Source: an uncultured Acidobacteriota bacterium
Lineage (GTDB): Bacteria; Acidobacteriota; UBA6911
Direction: 5' to 3'
DNA: 64,000 nt
Assembly: GCA_963809485.1 (NCBI GenBank)
Contig: CAWEJX010000008.1
Coordinates: 1 to 64,000, forward strand
Part shown: piece after piece, positions 30,873-41,763 of the stretch
Position numbering within the stretch: the stretch's first letter is position 1
How the letters are laid out: each line of letters starts with the position of its first letter
The notes under the pieces: model-generated
Told to the model about the DNA's origin: nothing
The model's database searches: none
The model's input: the letters and a program-made list of their open reading frames with translations, nothing else
Position numbers and translations under genes: made by a program

Positions 30873-31826
30873 ATGTCTACCAGAAAATTAAAGGAAGAAA
30901 CCGAACTATTTTATTCCTACTTGCGCCAGAACGGCTTGAAGAAGACCTATCAGAAGGACTTGATCCTGGAAACGTTTCTCAACACCGAGGGGCATTTGAG
31001 CGTCGAGGATATTTATGCTCTGGTAAAGAAACGCGACAAAAAGGTCGGGGTGGTTACGGTCTTTCGTACTTTGAAGTCTTTGACGGCCTGCGGTATTGCC
31101 AGGGAAATTTCTCTGGGAGACGGTCTGACCCGATTCGAGCACAGCTATCATCATCCGCATCATCATCACATAGTGTGCACCGAGTGCCACAAAGCCATTG
31201 AGTTCATCTGCCCGGAGCTGGAAACAATCCAGGACGGGATTATTCAAAAATATCACTTTCAGCCGAGCCATCATCGGTTTCAAACATACGGCGTATGCGA
31301 AGATTGCCGCGAACACAAGCCTGCCGCGGACACTCAGAAGCACGACACGGAACGGATCTTTGCCCGCGACGCCATAAAAATGGTGCTCTGCATGGAGAAC
31401 CGTTGCCTGGAGTTCTTCAGGGATCTGGCAAAGCGAAATCAGGACAGTGGCGGCAAGGATGTCCTGGATTGGCTGACCCGCGAAGAGGAATCTCATATGG
31501 CAAGCCTGAATGCAAAACTCGACGAAATTATCCATCAGGAGAAGGACCTGGCCCAGGCTCCGGTCTTTCTGCACTTCGATCCTGATGAACTGGATGACGT
31601 GATCCCGGACCTTGCCGGCTATGAAAAGGCCGGCGAAGTCCGCCTGGACAGCCGGACTTCCCTGGAGGTGGCTTCAACCCTGAACCGCGGCACCGCCAAT
31701 TTTTTCAGGCAATTTGCCGACCGGTTTTCTGACACGCAGGGGAAACAGATACTCCTTCAATATGCCGCTCAGGAAGGCAGTCACAGTGACCTGGTGCGGC
31801 AGCGCATTAAGGAAATGCCCTCCTGA
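30873..31826 (+). CDS. Fur-family regulator fused to a ferritin/rubrerythrin-like domain
   Basis: HLSVEDIY, TVFRTL, HHHHIVCTEC, GVCEDC; then two helical pairs ending EEESH and QEGSH. Confidence 0.85.
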   Translation: MSTRKLKEETELFYSYLRQNGLKKTYQKDLILETFLNTEGHLSVEDIYALVKKRDKKVGVVTVFRTLKSLTACGIAREISLGDGLTRFEHSYHHPHHHHIVCTECHKAIEFICPELETIQDGIIQKYHFQPSHHRFQTYGVCEDCREHKPAADTQKHDTERIFARDAIKMVLCMENRCLEFFRDLAKRNQDSGGKDVLDWLTREEESHMASLNAKLDEIIHQEKDLAQAPVFLHFDPDELDDVIPDLAGYEKAGEVRLDSRTSLEVASTLNRGTANFFRQFADRFSDTQGKQILLQYAAQEGSHSDLVRQRIKEMPS

Positions 31827-31979
31827 TTTCCGGCAGAGCAGACAGCGGCCGTATCATGGGCCGGGACAAGGACGCAGCGAAAGGGAGTCGGGATAAAACC
31901 CGAAGCAACGGCTGCCGGCGGCGGGCCGGCAGTGGCAGTGTTGCGAAGGCATTGGGAATAACGGCAACGGATACCGGCT

Positions 31980-32471
31980 ATGATCCAGCGACCTCTGAAT
32001 CCCATCGAAAAAATCTACCTGATTGAAATAATCCGCGGCCTGGCTCTTACCGCGAAACACTTCGCCGTCAATTTCCCCCGGCATGTCATCCGCGGTCTGG
32101 GCTTCAAGATCGGCAAAGGCGAAACCGTCACCATAGAATACCCGGAAGAGCGCCGGCCCTACGCAGGAAGGCTGCGGACGCGGCATCGGCTAACGCGACG
32201 GCAGGATGGCTCCCCGAGGTGCGTTGCATGCATGATGTGCGAAACGATTTGCCCGGCGCACTGCATTCATATAGTCGCGGCTGAAAATCCGGATCCGAAT
32301 ATCGAAAAAATGCCCGGGACTTTCGATATTGATATCGGGGTCTGCGTGTTCTGCGGCTTTTGTGTGGAGGCCTGTCCGGAAGACGCCATCCGGATGGACA
32401 CGGGAGTCGTGGAACTGGCCGCGTACACCCGTGAAGGAATGATTTACAGGATGGACCAGCTGCTCGGCTGA
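31980..32471 (+). CDS. nuoI: NADH-quinone oxidoreductase subunit I (paralog 1)
   Basis: T.EYPEE, CVACMMCETICP, CVFCGFCVEACP. Confidence 0.9.
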   Translation: MIQRPLNPIEKIYLIEIIRGLALTAKHFAVNFPRHVIRGLGFKIGKGETVTIEYPEERRPYAGRLRTRHRLTRRQDGSPRCVACMMCETICPAHCIHIVAAENPDPNIEKMPGTFDIDIGVCVFCGFCVEACPEDAIRMDTGVVELAAYTREGMIYRMDQLLG

Positions 32472-32557
32472 ATCGGCAACTTCCGGAAAAACTGCGCGAC
32501 TGACTGCGGACCTCCCCAATCTGTTGGATGCGTTCCGCTCGCTTCAGCCTCTGACAA

Positions 32558-32765
32558 AAATATCGAATGTCGAATTTCGAATGTCGAGCCGCAGAAGTCA
32601 GGATCGGACTTCGAAATTCATTGTTCTGAATTCGACATTCTGCGGTTCAATTAACTGCAAAGGCCTTTAAAGCTCAGGAAACTTCCTTTATCTTTGGTTG
32701 GCCGCGGTCAAGCTTCCTTTGGGGGCAGCAGCCGCAAAGCCTCCGGCTCTGCGGAGGATCCTCAC
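32558..32765 (+). mobile_element. family-B miniature element (internal palindrome plus right end)
   Basis: TCGAAT repeats; AAAGCCTCCGGCTCTGCGGAGGATCCTCAC. Confidence 0.7.
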
Positions 32766-32999
32766 CGGCCCGATGGAACCCGGGACTGGTATCCTTGACT
32801 CCCTTTGCTGACCGAGGTACTATGGAATTGCTGTAAATGGGTGTCCTAAAGCAACTTGTGAGGAATCGGGGCGTGGCCCGATTCAGGCTGGAAATTGTCT
32901 CATAGCAATTGGGGCGGCCCGGCTGCCACACGTGCCTCGGTTCAAACCGGCACAGGGTTCATGCTTAACCACTGAATCAAAACGTCCTATCCGGAAGAG

Positions 33000-34412
33000 G
33001 TGACCTTGAGCACAGAGGATATTTCCTATGATGTTGCGGTTATCGGCAGCGGCCCAGGCGGTTATGTCGCGGCCATCAAGGGCGCCCAGCTTGGGCTGAA
33101 AGTGGCGCTGATTGAAAAATATTCAAGGCTGGGAGGGACCTGCCTCAATTGGGGCTGCATTCCCACAAAGTCGCTCCTGATGAACGCGGATCTCTATGAA
33201 AAGGTCATGCAGGGCAAGGAATTCGGCATCATCTGCCAGGACATCAGCCTTGATTTCCGACTGATAAAAGCGCGCAAGGACAAAATCGTCAAGAAGCTGG
33301 TCGCGGGCGTGGATTTTCTCATGAAGAAGAACAAAATCGACGTCCTGCGCGGCAGGGGAAAGCTCATCGCCCCGGGTACAATCCAGGTAGAAGGGGATGC
33401 TACGACGGAAGTGCATGCCCGGAACATAGTGATTGCATCCGGTTCCGAGTCAAAACTGCTGCCCGGCCTTGACCTTGACGGCCGCACCATCCTGACCAAC
33501 AAGGAGATTCTGGATCTGGAGAGTGTGCCGAAATCGCTCCTGATCATTGGATCGGGCGCTCTGGGCATCGAATTCGCCTCGATTTTCTCGCGTTTTGGTT
33601 CCGACGTTACGGTCGTGGAGATGCTTCCGCGCGTTCTTCCGCTCGAGGATGCCGATATCTCCGAAGAAGCGCGCAGGTTGTTGACGAAGAAGCGCATCAA
33701 ATTTCTTACGGATGCGCGTCTGGAGGAAATCGTTGTCCGGGACGGCAACGTGCATGCAACGGTTTCATTGCCGAAGGGAGAGACGGCGGCCATCGTGGCG
33801 GAAAAAGCCCTGATTGCCGTAGGGCGTAAGCCGGTGACCGAAGATTTGGGCCTGGAGAAGCTCCATGTATCCACTTCGCGCGGTTTCATAACGGTGGATA
33901 AAGGCATGCAGACAAACATCCCCGGCATCTACGCAATCGGCGATGTCGTGCCGACACAGGCTCTGGCTCATCTTGCCTCGCATGAGGGGATGCTTGCCAT
34001 GGAAACGATCGCGGGCAGAGCCGCGACGCCCATCAACTACGACCTGGTTCCAAGTTGTGTCTTCTGCCATCCCGAGGTTGCGAGCATCGGGCTCAGCGAA
34101 GCCACGGCGCGTGAAAGGGGATTCGAGGTCGTAACGGCCAGGTTTCCTTTTGCCGCCGTGAGCAAGGCCGCGATTCTCGGGGCCAACGAAGGATTTGTAA
34201 AGATTGTCAGCGAAAAGAAATATAAGCAGATCCTGGGTGTCCACATGATCGGGCCGCAGGTGACCGAGCTGGTTACGGAAGGGGCGGCCTTGATAGGACT
34301 CGAAGCCACCGCGGCCGACCTGTCTCATCTGATCCATCCACACCCCACAGTATCGGAGGGAATCATGGAGGCGGCGCACGCGCTTTATAGCGGGGCTGCC
34401 ATCCATATTTAA
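33000..34412 (+). CDS. lpdA: dihydrolipoyl dehydrogenase
   Basis: GGTCLNWGCIPTK, HPHPTVSE. Confidence 0.95.
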   Translation: MTLSTEDISYDVAVIGSGPGGYVAAIKGAQLGLKVALIEKYSRLGGTCLNWGCIPTKSLLMNADLYEKVMQGKEFGIICQDISLDFRLIKARKDKIVKKLVAGVDFLMKKNKIDVLRGRGKLIAPGTIQVEGDATTEVHARNIVIASGSESKLLPGLDLDGRTILTNKEILDLESVPKSLLIIGSGALGIEFASIFSRFGSDVTVVEMLPRVLPLEDADISEEARRLLTKKRIKFLTDARLEEIVVRDGNVHATVSLPKGETAAIVAEKALIAVGRKPVTEDLGLEKLHVSTSRGFITVDKGMQTNIPGIYAIGDVVPTQALAHLASHEGMLAMETIAGRAATPINYDLVPSCVFCHPEVASIGLSEATARERGFEVVTARFPFAAVSKAAILGANEGFVKIVSEKKYKQILGVHMIGPQVTELVTEGAALIGLEATAADLSHLIHPHPTVSEGIMEAAHALYSGAAIHI

Positions 34413-34419
34413 CAGACGC

Positions 34420-35172
34420 GTGACCGCTACCAAAAGCTGCCTGAGGCTCTGGCTGGGAGCCGTTTCGTATCCTGAGGCGCTCGATCTGCAGATGAAGATC
34501 TGCGCGGCGAAACGATGCGGCTTTGAAAGCGACGTGCTCCTGCTGCTGGAGCATCCGCCGACGATTACGCTGGGACGAAGCGCCAGGCAGAACCATCTCC
34601 TGGTATCGGAGGATGAACTGAAGTCCCGGAGCGTAGGCCTGTGGACCGCGGACCGCGGAGGGGATGTCACCTTCCATGGACCGGGGCAGCTGGTCGGCTA
34701 TCCCATTCTGACGCTCGGCGCCGGAGAACGGGATGTGCACGGATACATGAGAAACCTGGAGGAATCCCTTATACGCCTCCTTGCAGGCTATGGCATCGAA
34801 GGGGCGCGCGACGCGAAATTTACGGGCGTGTGGACCCGGCAGGGAAAAATCGGCGCCATGGGAGTCCACATCAGCCGTTGGGTAACGCGCCATGGATTTG
34901 CCTTGAACGTCAATACGGATTTGTCCTTCTATAATCTGATTGTGCCGTGCGGGATCGTGGGCCGGGGAGTAACGTCGATGCAAGTCCTGTTGTCCCGCAC
35001 TTTCGATATGGCGGAGGTTGCGGAGAGATTTGCCGGAGAATTCGGACGCGTTTTTAGCCGGGAATTGATCCCCATAAACGAAAACGCGCTGCATGAGGAG
35101 CTTAAGCGTTTCAGGCAGGATGAAGCGGGGAAGGATGCGTCCGACGCATTGCTCAGGACTTCAACCGTCTAG
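34420..35172 (+). CDS. lipB: octanoyltransferase
   Basis: LLEHPP, DRGGDVTFHGPGQLVGYP, HGFALN, IVPCGI. Confidence 0.93.
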   Translation: MTATKSCLRLWLGAVSYPEALDLQMKICAAKRCGFESDVLLLLEHPPTITLGRSARQNHLLVSEDELKSRSVGLWTADRGGDVTFHGPGQLVGYPILTLGAGERDVHGYMRNLEESLIRLLAGYGIEGARDAKFTGVWTRQGKIGAMGVHISRWVTRHGFALNVNTDLSFYNLIVPCGIVGRGVTSMQVLLSRTFDMAEVAERFAGEFGRVFSRELIPINENALHEELKRFRQDEAGKDASDALLRTSTV

Positions 35173-35286
35173 CCCTGCCTGAAAATCCTGCCTGCCGCAT
35201 TGCTCAGGCGGGCATGGATAATCCAGATTGAAGGTTACCGGTTGTGTAATTTGAACGCACATGTTCCAATACACGTTCCGGCAGGA

Positions 35287-35500
35287 AGTCAGGCACCTCC
35301 GGAAAAGCCGGAAGCTTGAAAGATTGGAACCGCTCAAAGCGGTTGGAGGAGTTACGCTGGTCTTGAACGCTGACTTACGCCGACACTCGCCGAACAAATC
35401 GGCGTTTGTCAGCGCTTTTGTCAGCGTATCTCAGCGTTTCAAAATACGGAGCCGTCAAACTCTATGAGTGCCCCGGCAGAGCCGGGGGGTTACCAATTAT
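35287..35500 (-). mobile_element. family-A miniature element, copy A5 (internal deletion)
   Basis: Both terminal hairpins present; homologous to A6 and A7. Confidence 0.85.
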
Positions 35501-35594
35501 TTGCGAGGTCAGGGCCTGCAAGCTGCAGGATTTGGGCGAATGGCGCAGGGTCCGTACGGACACCGGATGACAAATTCAGGAGGTGCGACATCCC

Positions 35595-36989
35595 ATGGCG
35601 ATTAAGGTATTGATGCCCCAAATGGGCGAATCCGTTTTCGAGGGCACGCTGACGAAGTGGCTGAAAAAGCCGGGCGATGCGGTGGTCCGCGATGAACCGC
35701 TATTTGAGATATCCACCGACAAGGTGGATTCGGAAATCCCCTCTCCAGCATCCGGAATTTTAAGCGAAATTCTGGTCGGTGAAGGCAAAACCATCCAGAT
35801 CAATACCATCTTGGCCATTATCACGGAAGCGGGCGAACAGGAAAAGGCGCCATCGGACTCCGGTGTCACGGCGGAGGCTGCCAAGGCTGCTCCCGCTGCG
35901 GAGCCTGAGAATCTTCCTGAACCGAAAGAAGCCGCGGTTGAGCCCGTGCCTCCCTCGCCGCCCGCAGCCGCGGGCCCGCAATCCGCAGGGCCTGCAATCA
36001 GGGTCCAGGACATCCGGACCTCACCCCTGGTTCGAAAGCTCGCGCGCGAACACAGCCTTGATCTGAGCCAGATCCGCGGAACGGGCCAGGAGGGACGCAT
36101 CACGAAGGACGACGTGCTTCAATATCTGTCCCGAAAAGAGCCGGTACCCGCAGCGGCAGCACTCGAAGTGATACCGCCGCCGGCACAACCTGAGAGCGCG
36201 CTGTCCGGGACGCCCTCCCTGGCCTCTGACGGCATCCCTGCCCCGGAGCCGGAAGCAAAGGCTGCTCCGCCTGCACCTGAGCTGATGCGGTTCATGGGCG
36301 AGTCGCAGACCGAAGCCATGACGCCGATGCGGAAGGCCATCGCCGATCACATGGTTCTGAGCAAGCGAACTTCCGCGCACGTGAACACTTTTTTCGAGGT
36401 GGACATGAGCGCGATCGTGCAGCTGCGCGAGAGCCACAAAGTGGATTTCATGAGACGGGAAGGAATCCCCCTGACCTTCTCTCCGTTTTTCGCAAAGGCT
36501 CTAGTCGATATTGTCCGTGAATTCCCAGTATTCAATGCCTCGGTGTCGGGCGACACCATCCTATACAAAAAACCTGTAAATCTCGGGATTGCCGTGGCGC
36601 TGGATACGGGGCTGATTGTGCCGGTTGTGAAGAACGCTCATCTTAAAAGCTTCACCGGGCTTTCGCTTGCCATGTTCGATCTGGCCGAGCGGGCCCGAAG
36701 CAAAAGACTCAAACCGGATGACGTGCAGAACGGCACCATCAGCATGACCAATCCCGGAAGTTTTGGCGGCCTTTTCAATACGCCCATCATCAGCCAGCCC
36801 CAGGTCGCCATCCTGGGGATCGGGGGGATCGAGAAACGTCCCGTGGTGATTCAGGATGCTATCGCCATCCGTTCCATGGTCTACCTGTCCCTCACTTTTG
36901 ACCACCGCATCATCGATGGGGCCGTTGCGGACCGGTTCATGGCCAGGCTCAAGGAGAGGCTGCAATCCTGGACGCAATGGATTGACTGA
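35595..36989 (+). CDS. 2-oxoacid dehydrogenase E2 (dihydrolipoamide acyltransferase)
   Basis: Lipoyl domain STDKVD, E3-binding domain, FDHRIIDG. Confidence 0.92.
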   Translation: MAIKVLMPQMGESVFEGTLTKWLKKPGDAVVRDEPLFEISTDKVDSEIPSPASGILSEILVGEGKTIQINTILAIITEAGEQEKAPSDSGVTAEAAKAAPAAEPENLPEPKEAAVEPVPPSPPAAAGPQSAGPAIRVQDIRTSPLVRKLAREHSLDLSQIRGTGQEGRITKDDVLQYLSRKEPVPAAAALEVIPPPAQPESALSGTPSLASDGIPAPEPEAKAAPPAPELMRFMGESQTEAMTPMRKAIADHMVLSKRTSAHVNTFFEVDMSAIVQLRESHKVDFMRREGIPLTFSPFFAKALVDIVREFPVFNASVSGDTILYKKPVNLGIAVALDTGLIVPVVKNAHLKSFTGLSLAMFDLAERARSKRLKPDDVQNGTISMTNPGSFGGLFNTPIISQPQVAILGIGGIEKRPVVIQDAIAIRSMVYLSLTFDHRIIDGAVADRFMARLKERLQSWTQWID

Positions 36990-37079
36990 CCGGTGTGACT
37001 GCAAAGCCCGGGATCTCAGGCCGGACGATGCTCCATTGAAACACGCGGACAGGGTCGCTTAAATTCAAAAGTGAAGGCG

Positions 37080-37473
37080 AGTCCGGCAGCTCCGGCAAAG
37101 CCGGAGGCTTGAAAGATTTAAACCGCTCAAAGCGGTTGGGCTAGTTGCGCCGGTCTTGAACGCTGACTTACGCGGGCAAAAGCCGATGAGGCGCTTCCGA
37201 TCCCCGCAGGGCCCAGCGCTCCGCGCTGGACAGTTTTCTGCGGCGGCACTGTGGCAAGAGCGCCGTGCGGCAAGCAGATGAAGGGTATGAGAAACCGGGC
37301 GTTTGCCACAGTGCCGCCGCAGAAAACTGCATCGGAAGCGCCTCATCGGCTTTTGCTCGCCGACCCTCGCCGAACAAATCGGCGTTTGTCCGCGCATTTA
37401 TCAGCGTTTCAAAATATGGAGCTGTCAAACTCTTTGAGTCCCCCGGCAGAGCCGGGGATTTACAAATGTAATC
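37080..37473 (-). mobile_element. family-A miniature element, full-length copy A6
   Basis: Terminal hairpins plus nested perfect inverted repeats 37176-37201/37331-37356 and 37231-37257/37303-37329. Confidence 0.88.
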
Positions 37474-37642
37474 ACTGCTTTCGCGGGTTGCCGTATCTGC
37501 GATGAAATCCGGCGCCGCATTGCGCGGCGGCCGGGAGGTTCAATTTTCCGAGGAATTTCTTGAAAAACCGGGCACCGGCAGATATGGTAGCCGTCAAAAA
37601 GCAATCAACGGTTTGGCCGCTCCGCGGTTTCGGAGACGAACT

Positions 37643-38032
37643 ATGCTATTGAGCTTTGCAGGCGTTCTGGTTTTCCTGGTGGTGGGTTTTATCATCCTGG
37701 CGCTCGTGCTTTGGTTTTCGCGCCTCATCCAGCCTAAAGGCACGTCCGGGCCCGATAAATACATTCCCTACGAATGCGGCGAAATCCCGGAAGGTTCCGC
37801 CTGGATACAGTTCAACATCCGCTTTTATGTTTTCGCTTTGATATTCATCATCTTTGACGTGGAGATCATCTGCCTTCTGCCCTGGGCAGTGGTTTTCCGC
37901 AAACTTGGGAGTCTCGCCTTCATCGAGGGGCTTATTTTCATCGGCATCCTTGCCGTGGGGCTGGCGTATGTCTGGAAGAAGGGCGATCTGGAATGGATTA
38001 AGGCCGGAGATCTCGAATCGCTGCGGAAATAG
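37643..38032 (+). CDS. nuoA: NADH-quinone oxidoreductase subunit A
   Basis: PYECG, FIIFDVE, WKKGDLEW. Confidence 0.93.
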   Translation: MLLSFAGVLVFLVVGFIILALVLWFSRLIQPKGTSGPDKYIPYECGEIPEGSAWIQFNIRFYVFALIFIIFDVEIICLLPWAVVFRKLGSLAFIEGLIFIGILAVGLAYVWKKGDLEWIKAGDLESLRK

Positions 38033-38079
38033 GTTTTTGGAAATACGGCATTCGCGTTTGATGGGGAAGGGAAACCGGA

Positions 38080-38583
38080 ATGGGTGTCATCGAGGGCAAA
38101 TTTGAAGAAAATGTGGTGATCACGTCCCTGGACTGGATTTTCAACTGGGCCCGCTCCAATTCGCCCTGGCCCCTGTCCTTCGGCCTGGCCTGCTGCGCCA
38201 TCGAGATGATGGCGACAGGCGCAGCGAGGTACGATCTGGCGCGATTCGGGGCGGAGGTATTCCGCGGCTCCCCGCGCCAGGCGGATATAATGATCGTGGC
38301 CGGGACGGTATCCCTGAAGATGGCGTCGAGGCTTAAAAGGCTTTACGACCAGATGGCTTCGCCGAAATACGTTATCTCCATGGGCAGCTGCGCCAACAAA
38401 GGAGGCCCGTACTGGAAGTACGGATATCATGTCCTGAAAGGCGTGGATTTGGTGGTGCCGGTGGACGTGTATGTGCCGGGGTGCCCGCCGCGGCCCGAAT
38501 CCTTGATAGAAGGGATCCTTAAACTGCAGCAAAAAATCAGAAACGAAACGATCGCCAAAAAAGGCAAGGAAGGTACTGCATGA
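38080..38583 (+). CDS. nuoB: NADH-quinone oxidoreductase subunit B (paralog 2)
   Basis: [18 protein letters not shown]. Confidence 0.95.
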   Translation: MGVIEGKFEENVVITSLDWIFNWARSNSPWPLSFGLACCAIEMMATGAARYDLARFGAEVFRGSPRQADIMIVAGTVSLKMASRLKRLYDQMASPKYVISMGSCANKGGPYWKYGYHVLKGVDLVVPVDVYVPGCPPRPESLIEGILKLQQKIRNETIAKKGKEGTA

Positions 38584-39047
38584 TCCCGCAGGAAATCGCT
38601 GCGCTGCTGGCCGAATCTTTCGGCGGCAAGGTGCTGGAATCCAATCCGGATGCCCTCATGGCCTGGAGCGCGGTGGAGCCGTCTTCGCTGTTCGAGGTTT
38701 GCCGGTTTTTTCGCACGGACAGCCGTCTCGATATGGACCACCTTGAGCTGCTGGGCGGGGCCGATTACAAGGACCGCATCGAGGTGGTGTATATCCTTTA
38801 TTCCATGAAGCACCACCACCGCTACACGATAAAATGCCGCCTTCCCCGGCAGGCTCCCGCCGTGCAGACCGTCGAATCGTTGTGGAGCGTCGCCAACTGG
38901 CACGAGCGGGAGGCCTACGATATGTTCGGAATTGTGTTTGAAGGGCACAGCGATCTGCGCAGGATCCTTTGCCCGGACGATTGGGAAGGGTACCCGCTGC
39001 GCAAAGATTATGTGCTCCCCACAAGCTATCACGACATGCCGGTTTAG
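38580..39047 (+). CDS. nuoC: NADH-quinone oxidoreductase subunit C
   Basis: [18 protein letters not shown]. Confidence 0.95.
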   Translation: MIPQEIAALLAESFGGKVLESNPDALMAWSAVEPSSLFEVCRFFRTDSRLDMDHLELLGGADYKDRIEVVYILYSMKHHHRYTIKCRLPRQAPAVQTVESLWSVANWHEREAYDMFGIVFEGHSDLRRILCPDDWEGYPLRKDYVLPTSYHDMPV

Positions 39048-39057
39048 GAGAGGATAG

Positions 39058-40179
39058 ATGGACGCATCATATAGCGGCGAGGTCATGACGCTGAACATGG
39101 GGCCGCAGCACCCTTCGACGCACGGAGTCCTGCGTCTCGAGCTGAAAACGGACGGCGAAATCGTCGCCGATGCCATTCCGCACATCGGGTATCTCCACCG
39201 TTGTTTTGAAAAACACGCGGAGAATATTGAATACCCCGGGATTATTCCCTTCACGGACAGGATGGACTACTGTGCGGCTATGAATATGGAGCTCGGGTAC
39301 GTCCTTGCGATCGAGAAGCTCATGGATATACGGATCAACAACCGGGTGCGTTGCCTGCGGATTATCATGGCCGAACTGGGGCGTATCGCCAGCCACCTGA
39401 TTGCGGCCGGCACTTACGGCAACGACATCGGATCTTTTACTCCATTCATGTGGTGCTTCCGGGACCGCGAAACGATTCTGGATCTGTTCGAGGAAACCTG
39501 TGGCGCGCGCCTGCTTTACAACTACAACTGGATTGGCGGCTTGATGTACGACGTCAATCCCGGATTCGAAAAAAAGGTGCTCGAGTTCCTGGATTATTTC
39601 GAGCCCCAGGTCGACAACCTCAACCGGTTGCTTTCCGATAACGTCATATTTATCCGCCGCACGGCGCACGTGGGTATTCTTCCTCCCGAGCTGGCCATCA
39701 GCTACGGAGTAACGGGACCCAACCTTCGCGGCAGCGGAGTCGCTTTCGACGTGCGCAGGGACGAGCCGTACCTCGGCTATGAAGATTTCGATTTCGATGT
39801 GGCTGTGGGCAAAGCGGATTACGGGCCGATGGGATCCTGTTGGGACCGCTACATGGTCCGCATCCGCGAGGTCAAGGAAAGCTGCAAGATAGTGCGCCAG
39901 GCTATCGCCAGGCTGACGCCCGGTGACGTCCACGAATCCGTGCCCAAGCGCGTGAAACCTCCCGCTGGAGAGATCTATATGCGCACGGAATGCCCCCGCG
40001 GGGAGCTGGGCTACTATATTGTCAGCGACGGCAGCACCAAACCCTACCGGGTCAAGGTGAAATCTCCTTGCTTCACGGTAATGAGCGCCTTCAGGGAAGT
40101 GAGCAGGGGAGCCATGATTGCCGACATCATCGCAATCCTCGGCAGTTTTGACATCGTGCTGGGTGAAATCGACCGCTAG
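39058..40179 (+). CDS. nuoD: NADH-quinone oxidoreductase subunit D (paralog 2)
   Basis: [20 protein letters not shown]. Confidence 0.95.
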   Translation: MDASYSGEVMTLNMGPQHPSTHGVLRLELKTDGEIVADAIPHIGYLHRCFEKHAENIEYPGIIPFTDRMDYCAAMNMELGYVLAIEKLMDIRINNRVRCLRIIMAELGRIASHLIAAGTYGNDIGSFTPFMWCFRDRETILDLFEETCGARLLYNYNWIGGLMYDVNPGFEKKVLEFLDYFEPQVDNLNRLLSDNVIFIRRTAHVGILPPELAISYGVTGPNLRGSGVAFDVRRDEPYLGYEDFDFDVAVGKADYGPMGSCWDRYMVRIREVKESCKIVRQAIARLTPGDVHESVPKRVKPPAGEIYMRTECPRGELGYYIVSDGSTKPYRVKVKSPCFTVMSAFREVSRGAMIADIIAILGSFDIVLGEIDR

Positions 40180-40192
40180 CAGAGGAAGCCTG

Positions 40193-41242
40193 ATGGAATC
40201 TGTTGTCCGGATTTTGCAGTGGATACCGAAATACGATCATCTCCCGGAGCTTGCGCGCGTCGCGATTCCCCTCCTGATAAGCTGCCTGCTCGTGTTCGCG
40301 CTGCTGGCCCTGATGGTTCTTTTCCTGGTGTGGCTCGAGAGAAAGGTTTCGGCGCATGTACAGGACCGCCTGGGGCCGATGGTGGTGGGAGGATGGCATG
40401 GCTGGGCGCAAACGATTGCCGACGCGCTTAAGCTCCTGCTGAAGGAGGATATCGTCCCGGCGTCCACGGACAGGATGCTGTTCAAGACGGCGCCTTTCGT
40501 CGTGTTCCTCGGCGCCTTCACCGCCTATGTGGTCGTGCCGTTCGGCGCCTCGTCGTTTGTCACCGATTTGAACATCGGGATTCTCTATATCGTCGCGGCC
40601 TCCAGCCTTTCCGTCGTGGGCATCATCATGGCGGGGTGGGCATCCAACAACAAGTATTCGCTTTACGGAGGCATGCGCGCGGCGGCCCAGATCATCAGCT
40701 ATGAAATTCCTGCCGCCATGGCCATTATGACGGTGGTCATCTATGCGGGAAGCCTGTCGATGGTGGATATCGTGAACGCCCAGAAGGGCGGAATCCAGAA
40801 CTGGTTCATTTTCCGCAATCCCTTTGTCTTTCTGGGATTCATAATTTATTTCATCGCGTCTCTGGCCGAAGTCAACCGCACCCCTTTTGACATTCCCGAG
40901 GCCGAGTCGGAGCTTGTGGCCGGATTCCACACCGAATACTCCGGGATGCGTTTCGCGTTTTTCTTCCTGGCCGAATATGCCAATATGTATCTCGTTGCGG
41001 CCGTCGCCACCGCGCTTTTTCTGGGCGGGTGGACCCAGGTCCTGCCGGCGTCTGTGGCTCCGCAACTTCTGCCGGGACCGATTTTATTCCTGCTGAAATC
41101 GCTAGCGCTCATATTTCTTCAGATGTGGGTGCGCTGGTCGCTGCCGCGTCTGCGGGTCGACCAACTGATGTATCTGAGCTGGAAAATATTGTTGCCCATT
41201 TCGCTGGTGCTGATACTGGGCGTCGGATGGCTGGCCGTATAA
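40193..41242 (+). CDS. nuoH: NADH-quinone oxidoreductase subunit H
   Basis: ERK...[22 protein letters not shown]. Confidence 0.95.
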   Translation: MESVVRILQWIPKYDHLPELARVAIPLLISCLLVFALLALMVLFLVWLERKVSAHVQDRLGPMVVGGWHGWAQTIADALKLLLKEDIVPASTDRMLFKTAPFVVFLGAFTAYVVVPFGASSFVTDLNIGILYIVAASSLSVVGIIMAGWASNNKYSLYGGMRAAAQIISYEIPAAMAIMTVVIYAGSLSMVDIVNAQKGGIQNWFIFRNPFVFLGFIIYFIASLAEVNRTPFDIPEAESELVAGFHTEYSGMRFAFFFLAEYANMYLVAAVATALFLGGWTQVLPASVAPQLLPGPILFLLKSLALIFLQMWVRWSLPRLRVDQLMYLSWKILLPISLVLILGVGWLAV

Positions 41243-41266
41243 AGACTGGAGTCTCAGGGGACTTTT

Positions 41267-41755
41267 ATGTGGACGTACTTCAAGGATCTCGGTCTTGGCA
41301 TTATGACCGTCCTGAATTCTATGGCGGTTGCCTGCCGCCATTTTTTCACTCCAGCCGTCACCCTTCAGTACCCAGCGGTCAAATGGACGATGCCCGAGCG
41401 ATCCAGGGCGAGGCTTTTCAACAGGATCGAGGACTGCATCGGCTGCAGCCAATGCGCGCGGGTCTGTCCGACCAGCTGCATCACGATAAAAACTGAAAAG
41501 CGCGGCAGGGACGAACCCGAATTATTCGCGTCCAACGGAATGGCGATCAAGATGCGCACCTTTCTGTACGACATCGACACTTCGCTCTGCTGTTACTGCG
41601 GGCTGTGCACGTTCGCCTGCCCGACGCATTGCCTGGTTATGACGACCGATTATGAGAACTCCGTCTACGACAAGAACGAGCATATCTTCCACTTTGCCAA
41701 AGAAAAGCCGGCCGCCGGCGGCGCACTCAAAGATGCGCCTGCGGTTCAGGCCTGA
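41267..41755 (+). CDS. nuoI: NADH-quinone oxidoreductase subunit I (paralog 2)
   Basis: VTLQYP, two CxxCxxCxxxCP motifs. Confidence 0.9.
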   Translation: MWTYFKDLGLGIMTVLNSMAVACRHFFTPAVTLQYPAVKWTMPERSRARLFNRIEDCIGCSQCARVCPTSCITIKTEKRGRDEPELFASNGMAIKMRTFLYDIDTSLCCYCGLCTFACPTHCLVMTTDYENSVYDKNEHIFHFAKEKPAAGGALKDAPAVQA

Positions 41756-41763
41756 AACCGCCT

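Noticed and set aside
37080-37473. Element as an omegaRNA/TnpB or IStron locus
   Set aside because: There is no tnpB, iscB or recognisable group I intron core in the window. A trans-acting RNA role cannot be supported from this sequence alone.
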